NCBI GenBank assembly: GCA_963664705.1
Contig: OY761556.1
Coordinates: 4,480,001-4,544,000 of the forward strand
DNA from: Acidobacteriota bacterium
GTDB lineage: Bacteria > Acidobacteriota > UBA6911
Direction of reading: 5' to 3'
DNA: 64,000 nucleotides
Below, piece after piece: positions 48,714 through 58,494 of the stretch. The notes below the pieces were generated by a model. The model saw nothing but the letters and a program-made list of their open reading frames with translations. It was not told the origin of the DNA and did not search any database. Position numbers and translations under genes: made by a program. Position 1 is the stretch's first letter. Each line of letters starts with the position of its first letter.

Positions 48714-50119
48714 TGTTTACTCCCGGGTTGAGCTTGTTTCTGGAGATAGACCCCTGATCCCGAGACCGGGATGCTCAATGCAGAGGTTGATTCGCCTTGC
48801 CGCAAAGGCAGACGGAGTTCCTGACCCTCCCAGATTTCGTCCGGTGTGACGATCTGGGGATTCAGAACCAGGATTTCCTTTAAAAGATTTGGGTCCAGCC
48901 TGCGCCCCAGGTATTTTTTTGCGATTGAACCCAAAGCCTCTCCCTTCTGCACAGTCACCGAAAAGTCAGGGGCAGGACTGGAAGCCGTAGCGCTCACGGC
49001 TACCGGTACAGGCTGGGGAGCAGTCTTTGGCTCGAACAGGAAGTAGCCCGCGCTCACCAACGCCAAGGCCATGGCCAAGCCGATGCCGGCTCGATAAGGA
49101 TGACGCAGCAGGCGGGGCTTTGCGCAAAACAGGTTAATCCGCAGTCTGTCAAAGGAACAATCTGTGCCTGTTTCCTCGAGGTTGGTCCGGAGCGCCTCAC
49201 CGCAAGCCTGTTTTTCTGAAGCAAAAACCGGCTGTCTCTCGGAAAGAATCGGCTTTGAAGCCACCGGCTCCTCCGGGCTCAAAGCATCGGCGCTCCGGTG
49301 GTGAGGGAAGGGCAAGCTGAGGCGCATATCGGAAATGGTTTCCTGCATCATCGAGGCATCCACCCTTTTCGCCTGTCGGGCACAAGCCAGCGAAAGCGAA
49401 TTGAAGCATAAGCAGTTGATGAGGCGCGGAATCCCTTCCGAAGCTTCGGTGAGTTGCTCCAGGGCACCGGACCTGAACAGGAATGGGCCGCGATACCCGG
49501 ATATGCAAAGCCTGTGTTCAATGTACTCTCTGATTTCGGCCGGGTTCAGAGGAGACAACCTCGCCGCTGCGGATATCCGTTGTCGAAACTGTGCCAGATT
49601 GGATCGCTTCAGTTTCTCCTCGAGCTGGCTCTGGCCGGAAAGCAGGATCTGAATGATTTTGTGGTCCGGTCTTTCGAAATTGGAAAGGAGCCGCAATGTT
49701 TCCAGCGTTGCAGGGGTCAGATTCTGCGCCTCATCTATAACTAACACGAGCTGCTTTCCGGTCTGCGCAAACCCGGTCAGAATCTCGTTGACCTTTAAAT
49801 GCAATTCGGCCAGGTCGTGGGTATCTGTTCTATAGCCAAGATCCGCCAATAAAAAGCGAAGCAGTTCCCCCGGACCATAGCGGGTCTGAAACAGAAAAGC
49901 CGTCTGATAATCGGGCCGGAGGTTTTCCAGCAACTGAAACGCGAGGGTCGTTTTGCCGAAACCCGGCGGAGCAATCAGCGCAATGAATCCCCTTTCCGTT
50001 TTGATGCCATAGTAGAGAGTGGCCAGGGCCTCCCGGTGGGAACGGCTCCAATAAAGGTATTTCGGATCCGGGGTCGTTCCAAACGGTTGCTCTCTGAAAC
50101 CAAAAAAGCTCAAGAACAT
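48710..50119 (-). CDS. ExeA-family AAA ATPase with TM segment and C-terminal LysM domain
   Basis: F.SFFGF.EQPF..TPDP, PGFGKT, VIDEAQNL, LRLLSN.E, GIPRLIN; VTVQKGEALGSIA…NP.I…I.EGQELRLP. Confidence 0.9.
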   Translation of the reverse strand: MFLSFFGFREQPFGTTPDPKYLYWSRSHREALATLYYGIKTERGFIALIAPPGFGKTTLAFQLLENLRPDYQTAFLFQTRYGPGELLRFLLADLGYRTDTHDLAELHLKVNEILTGFAQTGKQLVLVIDEAQNLTPATLETLRLLSNFERPDHKIIQILLSGQSQLEEKLKRSNLAQFRQRISAAARLSPLNPAEIREYIEHRLCISGYRGPFLFRSGALEQLTEASEGIPRLINCLCFNSLSLACARQAKRVDASMMQETISDMRLSLPFPHHRSADALSPEEPVASKPILSERQPVFASEKQACGEALRTNLEETGTDCSFDRLRINLFCAKPRLLRHPYRAGIGLAMALALVSAGYFLFEPKTAPQPVPVAVSATASSPAPDFSVTVQKGEALGSIAKKYLGRRLDPNLLKEILVLNPQIVTPDEIWEGQELRLPLRQGESTSALSIPVSGSGVYLQKQAQPGSKQ

Positions 50120-50145
50120 AGGCGCACAATAGGTGGCAAAAACTG

Positions 50146-51735
50146 CTATCTGGGAAGGGAGGCAAGTACGGGAACGCCCAGAAGAGCTTCGACTTCATCG
50201 GCCGTTCTGAGCGAAGGATCGATATGGTCGGCGGCAAAAGCCAGACCAATGCTGCCGGCAAACGCCAGCAGCACTCCCAGAACCAAGAACAGGAAGCGGC
50301 TGGGACCGGACGGAAAAGCCGGAAGAGTTGCAGCCTCCGCAATGGTTGCGTTGACAATTCGCTTGTGGTCCAGGGCATCCGAGATTCTCGCCTCTTCCTC
50401 TTTCCTGGAATATAGAAGGTAGTTTTCCTCTGCGCTTTTTGACGCCCGGACCAGATCCTGGTATTCGATGCCTTTCCGGCCGATCTGTTGGGCATTCTGT
50501 CTGCCGGCGTTGATGCTGCCCGCAAGAGATTCCATTTTGGCCCTCAGGGTAGCCCGTTCAGCCTGAGCTTTGGCCAGCTCTTCATCCAGCCATAATCGGG
50601 TCCTGTCAAGATCGGTTGTCTCATCAACCAGTGATTTTGTTTCCGCATTGCGGATCGCTTCGCGCGTCAGTGTAATCTGATCATCCGCCTCCACGACCAG
50701 CCGGTAGCCCGGTTCAAATTTTGTGAGCAGTTCGGTTCGCTTCATTTCAAGGGTCAACAGCGTTGTCCGGAGTTGTTGTACCAGAGATGAGTTAGGAGAG
50801 GTCCTTACCTGAGTAGTGACGCGCAACGGAGTAGCCGCTGCCTGCGTTTGAAGCGCCTTTATTCGCTTATCCAGTGACGCTTCAGCAGCCCGCGCCTCCT
50901 GCAATTCGGTTTCAAGGCTATTCAACGCGCGCAATGCGTTATCCTTTTCCAAATCCAGCGAAACGATTCCCTCCTTTTTTCCAAAAGCCGCCAGCTGCGC
51001 CTCTGCTATTTCCAACTCGCTCCGGTATTGCTTTGCCTGCTGCTGGAAAAACTCCAAAGCACCCGGAGGTCGGTGCACGGAGAGATGCTTCTCAAGATAC
51101 AAGCCGGCCAGGGTTCTCAAAACAAACATGGATCGCCGCGGGTCGGTTGCCCGGTAGCGCACGTCAATCAAGTGTGACTTGCTGATCGGCTCGACGGTGA
51201 GATTCTGTGCCAGGTCGCGCACGGCCTCGGGGACGCGCATATCTCGCGAATCTCCGTCATTTTCTCCGGGCATCCATCTCGTCAAGCCGGCAGGGAGAGA
51301 AAACCCGCCTGGAAGCCTGTGCAGCCCGCATGTAATGACGACCTTCTCAAGAAGATCGCTGCTTTTAAGCAACTCAACTTCTGAATTGAGATCCTCCTGC
51401 GTAACATCCGAAAGGCTGAGGTCGCGCACATTCGCGCCAGGGGCGAGCACCATATTTGCCCGTTCATGCTTCACCAGGATCTTCATGTCGGACTCGTACT
51501 GTCTTGGCATAAGGAACGTCACGAGGCAAATAATGGCCAATATGAAAGAAAACGACAGGACAACCAGCCGCAGATGGCGAAACAAAACAGCGAGCAAGTC
51601 GCGCATCGTGACCGGTCGCGTTCTGAAATCCGACGGAATGCCCGGAATGCGCCCGCCAGGCAATGGCATCCCCTCATATTGATTGGCTTGAACAGCCGTA
51701 CCGTGAATCGATGGCCGAGAGATCGATTCTTCCAT
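50146..51735 (-). CDS. GumC/Wzc-N polysaccharide chain-length determinant (co-polymerase), no fused kinase
   Basis: RDLLAVLFRH plus TM, SEVELLKS, long coiled coil, TM2, DPSLRT.DEVE..LGVPVLASLP. Confidence 0.88.
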   Translation of the reverse strand: MEESISRPSIHGTAVQANQYEGMPLPGGRIPGIPSDFRTRPVTMRDLLAVLFRHLRLVVLSFSFILAIICLVTFLMPRQYESDMKILVKHERANMVLAPGANVRDLSLSDVTQEDLNSEVELLKSSDLLEKVVITCGLHRLPGGFSLPAGLTRWMPGENDGDSRDMRVPEAVRDLAQNLTVEPISKSHLIDVRYRATDPRRSMFVLRTLAGLYLEKHLSVHRPPGALEFFQQQAKQYRSELEIAEAQLAAFGKKEGIVSLDLEKDNALRALNSLETELQEARAAEASLDKRIKALQTQAAATPLRVTTQVRTSPNSSLVQQLRTTLLTLEMKRTELLTKFEPGYRLVVEADDQITLTREAIRNAETKSLVDETTDLDRTRLWLDEELAKAQAERATLRAKMESLAGSINAGRQNAQQIGRKGIEYQDLVRASKSAEENYLLYSRKEEEARISDALDHKRIVNATIAEAATLPAFPSGPSRFLFLVLGVLLAFAGSIGLAFAADHIDPSLRTADEVEALLGVPVLASLPR

Positions 51736-51805
51736 AAGTTTCTCCTTGGGTGTTATCCGTTAGGCAATGAAGGCGGCTGGAGGAGACAATAGCCGGGCAG
51801 CCAAC

Positions 51806-52498
51806 TCAACGAGGCAAATAGGAGCCAATGGACATCGACGGAATAAATCGCTGTATCTTGGAGATGGTGTTTTGCGGTATGTAAATCATATCGCCGGGAC
51901 GAAGGTGCACATCTTCCTTTAAATTCCCTGAAGTCAGCATAGCTTTCACATCCAACAGTTTCTGTTCAGTCCATTCATCCGAAATCCGGTGCCAAAGAAG
52001 AACCTGGGAGTGCCGGGAGCTTTCCTTGAAACCGCCGGCTATCTGGACTGCCTGAGTCACGGTTGTATCGCCGCGAAGATCATACTTTCCCGGACGGCCC
52101 ACTTCCCCGCCGGCAATGAAGTAGGGCTTCTCAAAATCCTTGAGCTGAACAGTTACAACAGGATCATGAAGAATACCGGAATAGAGCTTTTTTAGCGCTT
52201 CCGTCAATTCCGGCGTGGTCTTCCCTGCAGCGCGCAAATCCGGCAACTCACGAAGATTTATAAAGCCATCCGGCTGGATTGTTACGGCCTGATTGAACTC
52301 CGGCGTAAGCCGGAAGGTAATCTCGATGGCATCCCCGATCTGCAGCCTATATCGCATATCATGCGGCCAGAGGACGGGCTCAGCAGCTTTTGAGGATTGC
52401 TCCTGTGCCAGGCTCCTTCCCGTCGGCAGAGAACAAGCCAGGAGGAAAAGAAACACAAGCCCGACGGTTGTTGGAACTTTTTTGAGTTTCATGAGCAA
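51806..52498 (-). CDS. Polysaccharide biosynthesis/export protein (Wza-like; Poly_export plus SLBB)
   Basis: YRLQIGD…TIQPDGFINL…AAGKT, GGEVGRPGKY, AGGF, LRPGDMIYIP. Confidence 0.9.
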   Translation of the reverse strand: MLMKLKKVPTTVGLVFLFLLACSLPTGRSLAQEQSSKAAEPVLWPHDMRYRLQIGDAIEITFRLTPEFNQAVTIQPDGFINLRELPDLRAAGKTTPELTEALKKLYSGILHDPVVTVQLKDFEKPYFIAGGEVGRPGKYDLRGDTTVTQAVQIAGGFKESSRHSQVLLWHRISDEWTEQKLLDVKAMLTSGNLKEDVHLRPGDMIYIPQNTISKIQRFIPSMSIGSYLPR

Positions 52499-52936
52499 CT
52501 CCAGTCTGAGGATTCAACGGGGCATAGCTTCGCACTTTGACTTACATGTCGCGAGTCTTCAGGAGAAAGGAGAGAGCTTTCGCGACAATGATGCCTACGA
52601 CCATGGTGCGAAAACCAAAGACTGCTGTAGCTAGACGTCAGAGGAGGGAGTGCAAAAGCATACCGACAATGAGAGCAATACTATTATTCGGCGACAGCTC
52701 CAGCACAAGCAATTCAAGTTACATGGTTGCTTATGAGAATTAGCATTACTGAATTCCTATTGCGTATAATAAATTGCCGCCATATGGCAATACGCAAAAC
52801 TACTCATTCTTGAATACGTAAAAATACTTACATTTATCAGCGGGATTCTGATAGCGTCGATGCCACAGGAACGTGGTATTCTCCGTCTGCTCGGCGGTGC
52901 GTATCTTGGGAATGACCCTTATCGGTAAAGAAATGC

Positions 52937-53239
52937 ATGGAGAAGAAAATGATTAGAATATCCGTCATGTATAGCAAAGGTGGGAAATTTGATTACGATT
53001 ACTACGTAAACAAGCACATGGCCCTGGTTCATAAGCTCCTTGATTCCTATGGACTTGTGAAGGCGGAAGTGGATAAGGGAGTCGGGGACTCGCCCTACAT
53101 GGCTATCGGGCACCTGATATTCAATTCGATGGAAGAAATGCAAAAGGGGCTGCAGGAGCACGATCCCAAGCTGGCCGCGGATCTGGTCAATTTCTCAGAC
53201 GTAAAGCCGCAGTTTCAGGTCAGCGAAATCATCGGATAG
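52937..53239 (+). CDS. EthD-family protein
   Basis: ISVMY…FDYDYYVNKH..LV…ADL.NFSD..P..QVSE. Confidence 0.88.
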   Translation: MEKKMIRISVMYSKGGKFDYDYYVNKHMALVHKLLDSYGLVKAEVDKGVGDSPYMAIGHLIFNSMEEMQKGLQEHDPKLAADLVNFSDVKPQFQVSEIIG

Positions 53240-53273
53240 CCGGGGATCAATCCCTAAAGCTCAGATAAATGGT

Positions 53274-53304
53274 GGGCCACAGTGGGGGCTTCCCCCACTG
53301 GCCC
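53274..53304. terminator. Hairpin between convergent genes
   Basis: CAGTGGGGG-CTT-CCCCCACTG. Confidence 0.6.
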
Positions 53305-53906
53305 TATTGTTCGCCTTTGTATTCAAAGAGATACTCGATAACCCCATTCCTGAGCCTGAACGATTCCCTGGCCTGGAAACCTGCCATCATGCCTGAAAGA
53401 ACGCGAGGCTGATGTCTCGGACAGGATCGGGTCTGCGGATTGAGGATTCCATACCGAAGATGCGACTCGTCGGCAATGTCATACAGGCTGATCGCATCCG
53501 GCATCATCTTCTGATCAAAAATGAGGGCAAACAAAATGGTACCGCGATGGCAGTAGCCGACCAGGTATTGGACAAGACTGGATATCGCCGGAAGTTCCAG
53601 GTAATTGAAGAGATCCCACGCCAGGATGACATCGCAGGTCTGGTGCGGAGGCAATTCCAGCAGCTTGCCCCAGTCAGGACCCACCCACTCCTCATCTTCT
53701 GAAGGCGACGACGGCAGCGGCAGGCTGGAACGCAAATCAGCAATGTGCATCCGGGGATTGAAGCGGGACCAGAACTTCAGGTTTTCATTTCGTGCCGGTC
53801 CCAGTTCAAGGATATGACAGGCAGGCGAATCGCCAAGCGCCTGGCACAACGATTGAAGTCCGAGAGAACTATGGACAGCGTATTCCGGTTGAGATCCCCG
53901 TAGCAT
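53304..53906 (-). CDS. SAM-methyltransferase-like hypothetical protein downstream of bactofilin
   Basis: ILELGPA, DVILAWDLFNYL, LRNG..EYL. Confidence 0.65.
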   Translation of the reverse strand: MLRGSQPEYAVHSSLGLQSLCQALGDSPACHILELGPARNENLKFWSRFNPRMHIADLRSSLPLPSSPSEDEEWVGPDWGKLLELPPHQTCDVILAWDLFNYLELPAISSLVQYLVGYCHRGTILFALIFDQKMMPDAISLYDIADESHLRYGILNPQTRSCPRHQPRVLSGMMAGFQARESFRLRNGVIEYLFEYKGEQ

Positions 53907-53918
53907 ACCGGCCTAAAT

Positions 53919-54395
53919 TTAGTTTGCCTTTGCGGCGCCCGGCTTTTCCGTTGCCTGAGCGGCAGCGGGTTTCTCTTTGGGGCTCATATCAATGCTCCCC
54001 TTGAAATTCGACCCGTCTTCCAGCGCCACGCGCGGCGCAATGATGTTGCCGCGTACAGAACCGGACTGACGCACGACGAGCTGCTCTTCTCCGTAAAGAT
54101 TTCCTTCTACGGAGCCCTCAATCGTGATTATTCTCGCGTAGATATCCCCCTTGATGCGCCCATTCTTGCCGATCGTAACACTATGGCGCCGCGATTCGAT
54201 TTTCCCCTCCAAATGCCCTTCAATATGCAGATCCTCTTCGCTGGTCATATCGCCTTTGATCGAAACCGTGGTTCCGATTACCGCGTGCGGCTCTTTGATA
54301 CTGGAGGCGGGCGCTTTGGGTGATGCTGCCGGCTGTGCCGCCGGTGCAGGGGCTGGCTGAGGATGGGATTCCTCCGGCTCTGATTTTTTCCACAT
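53919..54395 (-). CDS. Bactofilin (polymer-forming cytoskeletal protein)
   Basis: MWKK membrane-targeting N-terminus, IG..VSIKGD…EDL.IEG..EG.I, G.VRGNI.APRV.LEDGS.FKGSIDM; AAGGAG RBS. Confidence 0.92.
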   Translation of the reverse strand: MWKKSEPEESHPQPAPAPAAQPAASPKAPASSIKEPHAVIGTTVSIKGDMTSEEDLHIEGHLEGKIESRRHSVTIGKNGRIKGDIYARIITIEGSVEGNLYGEEQLVVRQSGSVRGNIIAPRVALEDGSNFKGSIDMSPKEKPAAAQATEKPGAAKAN

Positions 54396-54491
54396 GATCC
54401 GTACTCCTTTTGCTCGATTATCCATCAACACTTTGTTTCAGGCCAACTGCGGGAGTCCGAAAACCGTCTCCACCATTGCAGGCTAGGACAT

Positions 54492-54524
54492 TTGGAGGTG
54501 CAGCGGCAGCCGCTCCACCTCCAA
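54492..54524. terminator. GC-rich hairpin after the URO-D-like gene
   Basis: TTGGAGGTGCAGCGGC/GCCGCTCCACCTCCAA; no clear U-tract. Confidence 0.45.
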
Positions 54525-54537
54525 GAAAAGACAATGA

Positions 54538-55899
54538 TTAACGATAGCGGCCGTATTCCTTTACCGCGGCCACCATGGCACGCAGATTTTCCAGTTTTGG
54601 ATTATCCGCGACGCATCCGGCTCCGAGAATATACCCTCCACCCTTGCCGCAGGATTCGATGAGTTTGCGGCAATTTTCTTTTACCGCCGAGAATTCTCCG
54701 GTAACGATAAGCGAGGAAGGAACATTCCCCTGGATGCAGCAGTTATCGCCGAGCACTTCTTTGGCTTTTGCCATGTTAGTCTGGTCGAACCACCACACCA
54801 CACTGCCTTTGGGGAAATCAGATTTCACCGTTTCCAGACGGCTCTCGTAGCCCCCTTCCGCAAACATGACGCAGATGATTCCCTCCTGGATCAAGGCGTC
54901 CATGACCTTCTTCAAAGACGGCCAGTAGATTGTGTCGTATTGCTTGGAGGACATCCAACCATCGGCTCCTTTGTGGAGCGGGAAGACCACCGTGAGGGCT
55001 TTGGAAGCCATCGGGTTGCTGAGGATGGCGTGGATGATGATCGGCGTCAGCACATCCAGCGCTTTCAGAATTTTGTCCGGACGCCGGAACAAATCCAATG
55101 TGATCGCCTTGGTACCGCGGAGCGTGTCCCCCAAAGCATCAAAGGGCGCCACGTTGAGAAGGCCCATTGTCTGCGGGAATCCGTGCGCGGGGCCTGATTT
55201 CATATATTGGGCGGTTATTGCCATTCTCTTCTGAATCGCTTTGCCGGCATCGATCAGTTTCTGAAGCCCTTCCTGCACCTGGGGAAGTGCCAAAGGCATG
55301 AGTTGCCCCATGGGAATTTCCAGGATATCGGTCAGCGGCGTCAGCATGCGAAAGGGCTCAAAAGAACCGAAAACACGCGGAAGATAAGTCCGAAGCCAGT
55401 AATCGGAGGGATCGCGGAATAAATCCTCGTATTCATCCGCCTTCATATACTCCCCTTCGACATACTGGTATCCCGGAGCTTCCCTGGAGAGGCCATGGCC
55501 CGGCCAGGAATAGAGCTTGTAGTCGAGTATTTCGAATGCGTCTCCCGGAGCAGCCATTGGTGCGGCAAAATAACCCAGTTCTTCCGAATATTTTTCGTTG
55601 AACTTATTGCATGCCTCGAAGCCTTTTTCGGGTTGGTACATGGCTTCATACATGCTGACTCCGGCTAGAATCAAAGGAAGATTGCCCACGGGCAGCATGA
55701 TGGGCACCTGATCGGGCTCCTTTACATTGTATGCATCTACCACGCGTTGCGCTCTTACCTTGTATTGTTGCGCTGCTTCCGGGCTCACAAACTGAATGTC
55801 TGGATTAAGAAATCTGTTAATGCGCCATTCCCGCTTCTGCGCAGGAGTCATCGCAGACCATTCGGCTGGATATCCCAGTTGTGTCGGATTCATCGTCAT
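54538..55899 (-). CDS. Uroporphyrinogen decarboxylase/MtaA-like methyltransferase family protein
   Basis: EPDQVP, PFD.LGDTLRG, DLFRRP, YWPSLK, CIQGNVP, GGGYIL. Confidence 0.85.
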   Translation of the reverse strand: MTMNPTQLGYPAEWSAMTPAQKREWRINRFLNPDIQFVSPEAAQQYKVRAQRVVDAYNVKEPDQVPIMLPVGNLPLILAGVSMYEAMYQPEKGFEACNKFNEKYSEELGYFAAPMAAPGDAFEILDYKLYSWPGHGLSREAPGYQYVEGEYMKADEYEDLFRDPSDYWLRTYLPRVFGSFEPFRMLTPLTDILEIPMGQLMPLALPQVQEGLQKLIDAGKAIQKRMAITAQYMKSGPAHGFPQTMGLLNVAPFDALGDTLRGTKAITLDLFRRPDKILKALDVLTPIIIHAILSNPMASKALTVVFPLHKGADGWMSSKQYDTIYWPSLKKVMDALIQEGIICVMFAEGGYESRLETVKSDFPKGSVVWWFDQTNMAKAKEVLGDNCCIQGNVPSSLIVTGEFSAVKENCRKLIESCGKGGGYILGAGCVADNPKLENLRAMVAAVKEYGRYR

Positions 55900-56167
55900 G
55901 GATGTCCACTCCCAATTGAAAGGAGCCAGAGGCCGGCCCCTGTGTCCCTGCACCAGACCTGATTTATGTTGATTGGAAATATGAAACCTAGTGCTTATAG
56001 CAGGTTGGAGAATCGGATTACAATCACAATCTAAGGGAACAGCGAACGGGAGCGGGGAACCGGAAAGGAGATGCCATTATCGATTTATCGGATTATGGCG
56101 AGGGAATGAGCTACTCTATTGACGGCCGGAAGCCATCCCGACTTCCCGGCTTCGCTCTTGATATTTT

Positions 56168-56950
56168 ATGATCAGTGTACCGGAAATTGAGCAATGGCTG
56201 GACCGGCTGTACATTGCAGCCGAAGGGGCAGGTCTGCGCATAGAGGACCGGCGGAAGGCGATCGAGGTCGCGGCGATCCTCCAGGAGCTTGAAAGGGAGC
56301 TTCGACGCTTTTCCCGTCGCTCTCCATTGGTTCTGGTAGATGCGGCCGCCGGGAAATCCTATGTCGGCCTGCTGGCGGCGAAGCTTCTGCTCGATCCCTT
56401 GGGACGTCGTGCCAGCGTGGTTGCCATTGAACAGGATCCCGGGCGTGTCCAGGCAAGTCTGCTGGCCGTTCAACGCCTCCAATCGGCAACCCCGATCGAG
56501 TGCCGCCGGGCGGATGTGGAATCAGAGGCGGCATGGCCGCGCGATGCTTCGATTATTGCGGCGCTGCACGCCTGCGGTCCGGCCGCGGACTCTATCATTG
56601 AAAAAACTATCTCTACGCGGGCCCGGCAGCTCCTCCTGGTCCCTTGCTGCACAAGTAATGCCATGTCATCCGCTGCAAGTGCCCGTGCACAGGCGGATTA
56701 CCTGGGCATTCCACGTCACGCCCCCATTCGCCGCCGCTTCATCCAGACAATTGTGGACACCCATCGAACCTGGCGGCTCGAGGCTGCCGGGTTCCAGACA
56801 GAGGTTGTCGAATTTGTGCCGCCTACGGTTACTCCCCATAATCTGCTGTGGCGCGCACGGTTTGTAGGCGAACCGCAGCGCATGCAAACGGCTCAGCGAA
56901 AGCTGGAAGCGCTTTCGACCGGCTTTACCGACAGCGAACAAGCACAATGA
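56168..56950 (+). CDS. SAM-dependent methyltransferase (Methyltransf_32-like)
   Basis: LVDAAAGKSY, ALHACG.AAD, VPCC, EFVP..VTPHNLL. Confidence 0.85.
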   Translation: MISVPEIEQWLDRLYIAAEGAGLRIEDRRKAIEVAAILQELERELRRFSRRSPLVLVDAAAGKSYVGLLAAKLLLDPLGRRASVVAIEQDPGRVQASLLAVQRLQSATPIECRRADVESEAAWPRDASIIAALHACGPAADSIIEKTISTRARQLLLVPCCTSNAMSSAASARAQADYLGIPRHAPIRRRFIQTIVDTHRTWRLEAAGFQTEVVEFVPPTVTPHNLLWRARFVGEPQRMQTAQRKLEALSTGFTDSEQAQ

Positions 56951-58494
56951 CGGACCTTATCCTCTGGAACGCCCATGTCATCACGATGGATCCGGCAAGT
57001 CCTTCAGCGGAGCTTCTGGCGATTGCGAACGGAACCATCACCCACGTAGGTCCGAATGAGCTGCTGTCAAAGCTGAAGGGGCGGCAGACAGAGATCATTG
57101 ACTGCAATGGGAAAACGCTGCTCCCCGGCTTTATCGATGCACACTGCCATGTCCATGGATACGCTGAGGCTCTCGTTTCCCTGAATCTAGCCCCAAAAGC
57201 AAAGATTCACTCCATCGCGGATATTCAAGATAGAGTTCGCGAAGCCTGCAGCCAGAATCCTGAAGGAAGTTGGATACGGGGAAAGGGGTATAACGAATTC
57301 TACCTGGCCGAAAAGCGTCATCCGACGCGATGGGACCTGGATGTGGCCGCACCGCGGCATCCGGTGAAACTGACCCACAGATCCGGACACGCACATGTTC
57401 TGAACAGTCTCGCTCTCGAGATTGTTGGAATAGGCGAAGAGACCGGCGATCCACCGGATGGTTTCATCGACCGTGACATCGATACCGGCCTGCCTAACGG
57501 AATCCTGTATGGCCTCGGCGGATTTCTGGCGGACATAATACCGTCTTTGGATGAGGCTGAACTGGACAAAGGCATACGGCTGGTCAACGACAGGCTGATT
57601 TCCCTCGGCATTACCTCCATCCAGGATGCCTCCCCCGTCAATGGCCCCGATCAATGGAAACGTTTTGAGGACTGGAAGAACCGGGGAGCTTTGCATCCGC
57701 GGGTTACGATGATGAGCGGGCTGACTACTTTCCTGGAAGCGAGGCGAAGTCATTGCAAGTCAAGGCACATCCAGGAAAAGGACCTCAAACTTGGGGGAGT
57801 AAAAATCATTGCGGATGAGGTAACCGGTCGATTGAACCCGAGCCAGAAAGAGTTAAACGAGGTCATGGCGCGGATTCACTCTGCGGGATGTCAGGCAGCC
57901 ATTCATGCCATAGAGCAGACAGTGGTCGAGGCCGCAGGAAATGCAATTGCATCGGCAACAGAAAAGGGGCCGGTCAGGGACCATCGTCACCGCATAGAGC
58001 ATTGTTCCGTCTGTCCTCCGGCTCTCCTGCGGCGTCTGGCTGGTTTGGGAATCGTTATCGTAACCCAGCCATCATTCCTCTACTACAGCGGGGACCGCTA
58101 TCTCCAAGCAGTGTCGTTCGATGATATGAAGCACCTTTATGCGCTCCAGCCGATGCTTCAACAGGGCTTGCGCGTCGGCGCCGGTTCCGATTTCCCAATT
58201 GCGGACCCGAATCCCTGGATCAGCATATATGCGGCAGTGACGCGTCGGACCGAAAGCAATGCGGCCATCCCACAATCAGGCGTTGCCGTGCTTGAGGCCA
58301 TTCGATTACACACTCTGGGTGGTGCGGAAGCCAATTTTGAGGAGCACATCAAAGGATCGCTTGCGCCAGGCAAACTGGCGGATGTAATCATGCTGAACCA
58401 AGACCCGCTTACGATCGAGGAAGACCAACTGAAGGAAATTCAGGTGGTGATGACCCTACTCGGGGGACGGGTCGTATCCGATCTCAGGAACTGA
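56947..58494 (+). CDS. Amidohydrolase (YtcJ-like, amidohydrolase_3)
   Basis: LPGFIDAHCH, SGHAHVLNS, IHAI, RHRIEHCS, GSDFP, KGSLAPGKLAD; ATGA overlap. Confidence 0.92.
   Translation: MTDLILWNAHVITMDPASPSAELLAIANGTITHVGPNELLSKLKGRQTEIIDCNGKTLLPGFIDAHCHVHGYAEALVSLNLAPKAKIHSIADIQDRVREACSQNPEGSWIRGKGYNEFYLAEKRHPTRWDLDVAAPRHPVKLTHRSGHAHVLNSLALEIVGIGEETGDPPDGFIDRDIDTGLPNGILYGLGGFLADIIPSLDEAELDKGIRLVNDRLISLGITSIQDASPVNGPDQWKRFEDWKNRGALHPRVTMMSGLTTFLEARRSHCKSRHIQEKDLKLGGVKIIADEVTGRLNPSQKELNEVMARIHSAGCQAAIHAIEQTVVEAAGNAIASATEKGPVRDHRHRIEHCSVCPPALLRRLAGLGIVIVTQPSFLYYSGDRYLQAVSFDDMKHLYALQPMLQQGLRVGAGSDFPIADPNPWISIYAAVTRRTESNAAIPQSGVAVLEAIRLHTLGGAEANFEEHIKGSLAPGKLADVIMLNQDPLTIEEDQLKEIQVVMTLLGGRVVSDLRN

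Noticed and set aside
52651-52666. Sigma54-like site TCGGTATGCTTTTGCA upstream of the wza-like gene
   Set aside because: GG-to-GC spacing is 9 nt rather than the required 10
52500-52930. c-di-GMP (GEMM) riboswitch in the AT-rich EPS leader
   Set aside because: No GGCAAA…GAAA…GACGCAAA consensus seen by eye on either strand; an Rfam scan would be needed to exclude it fully
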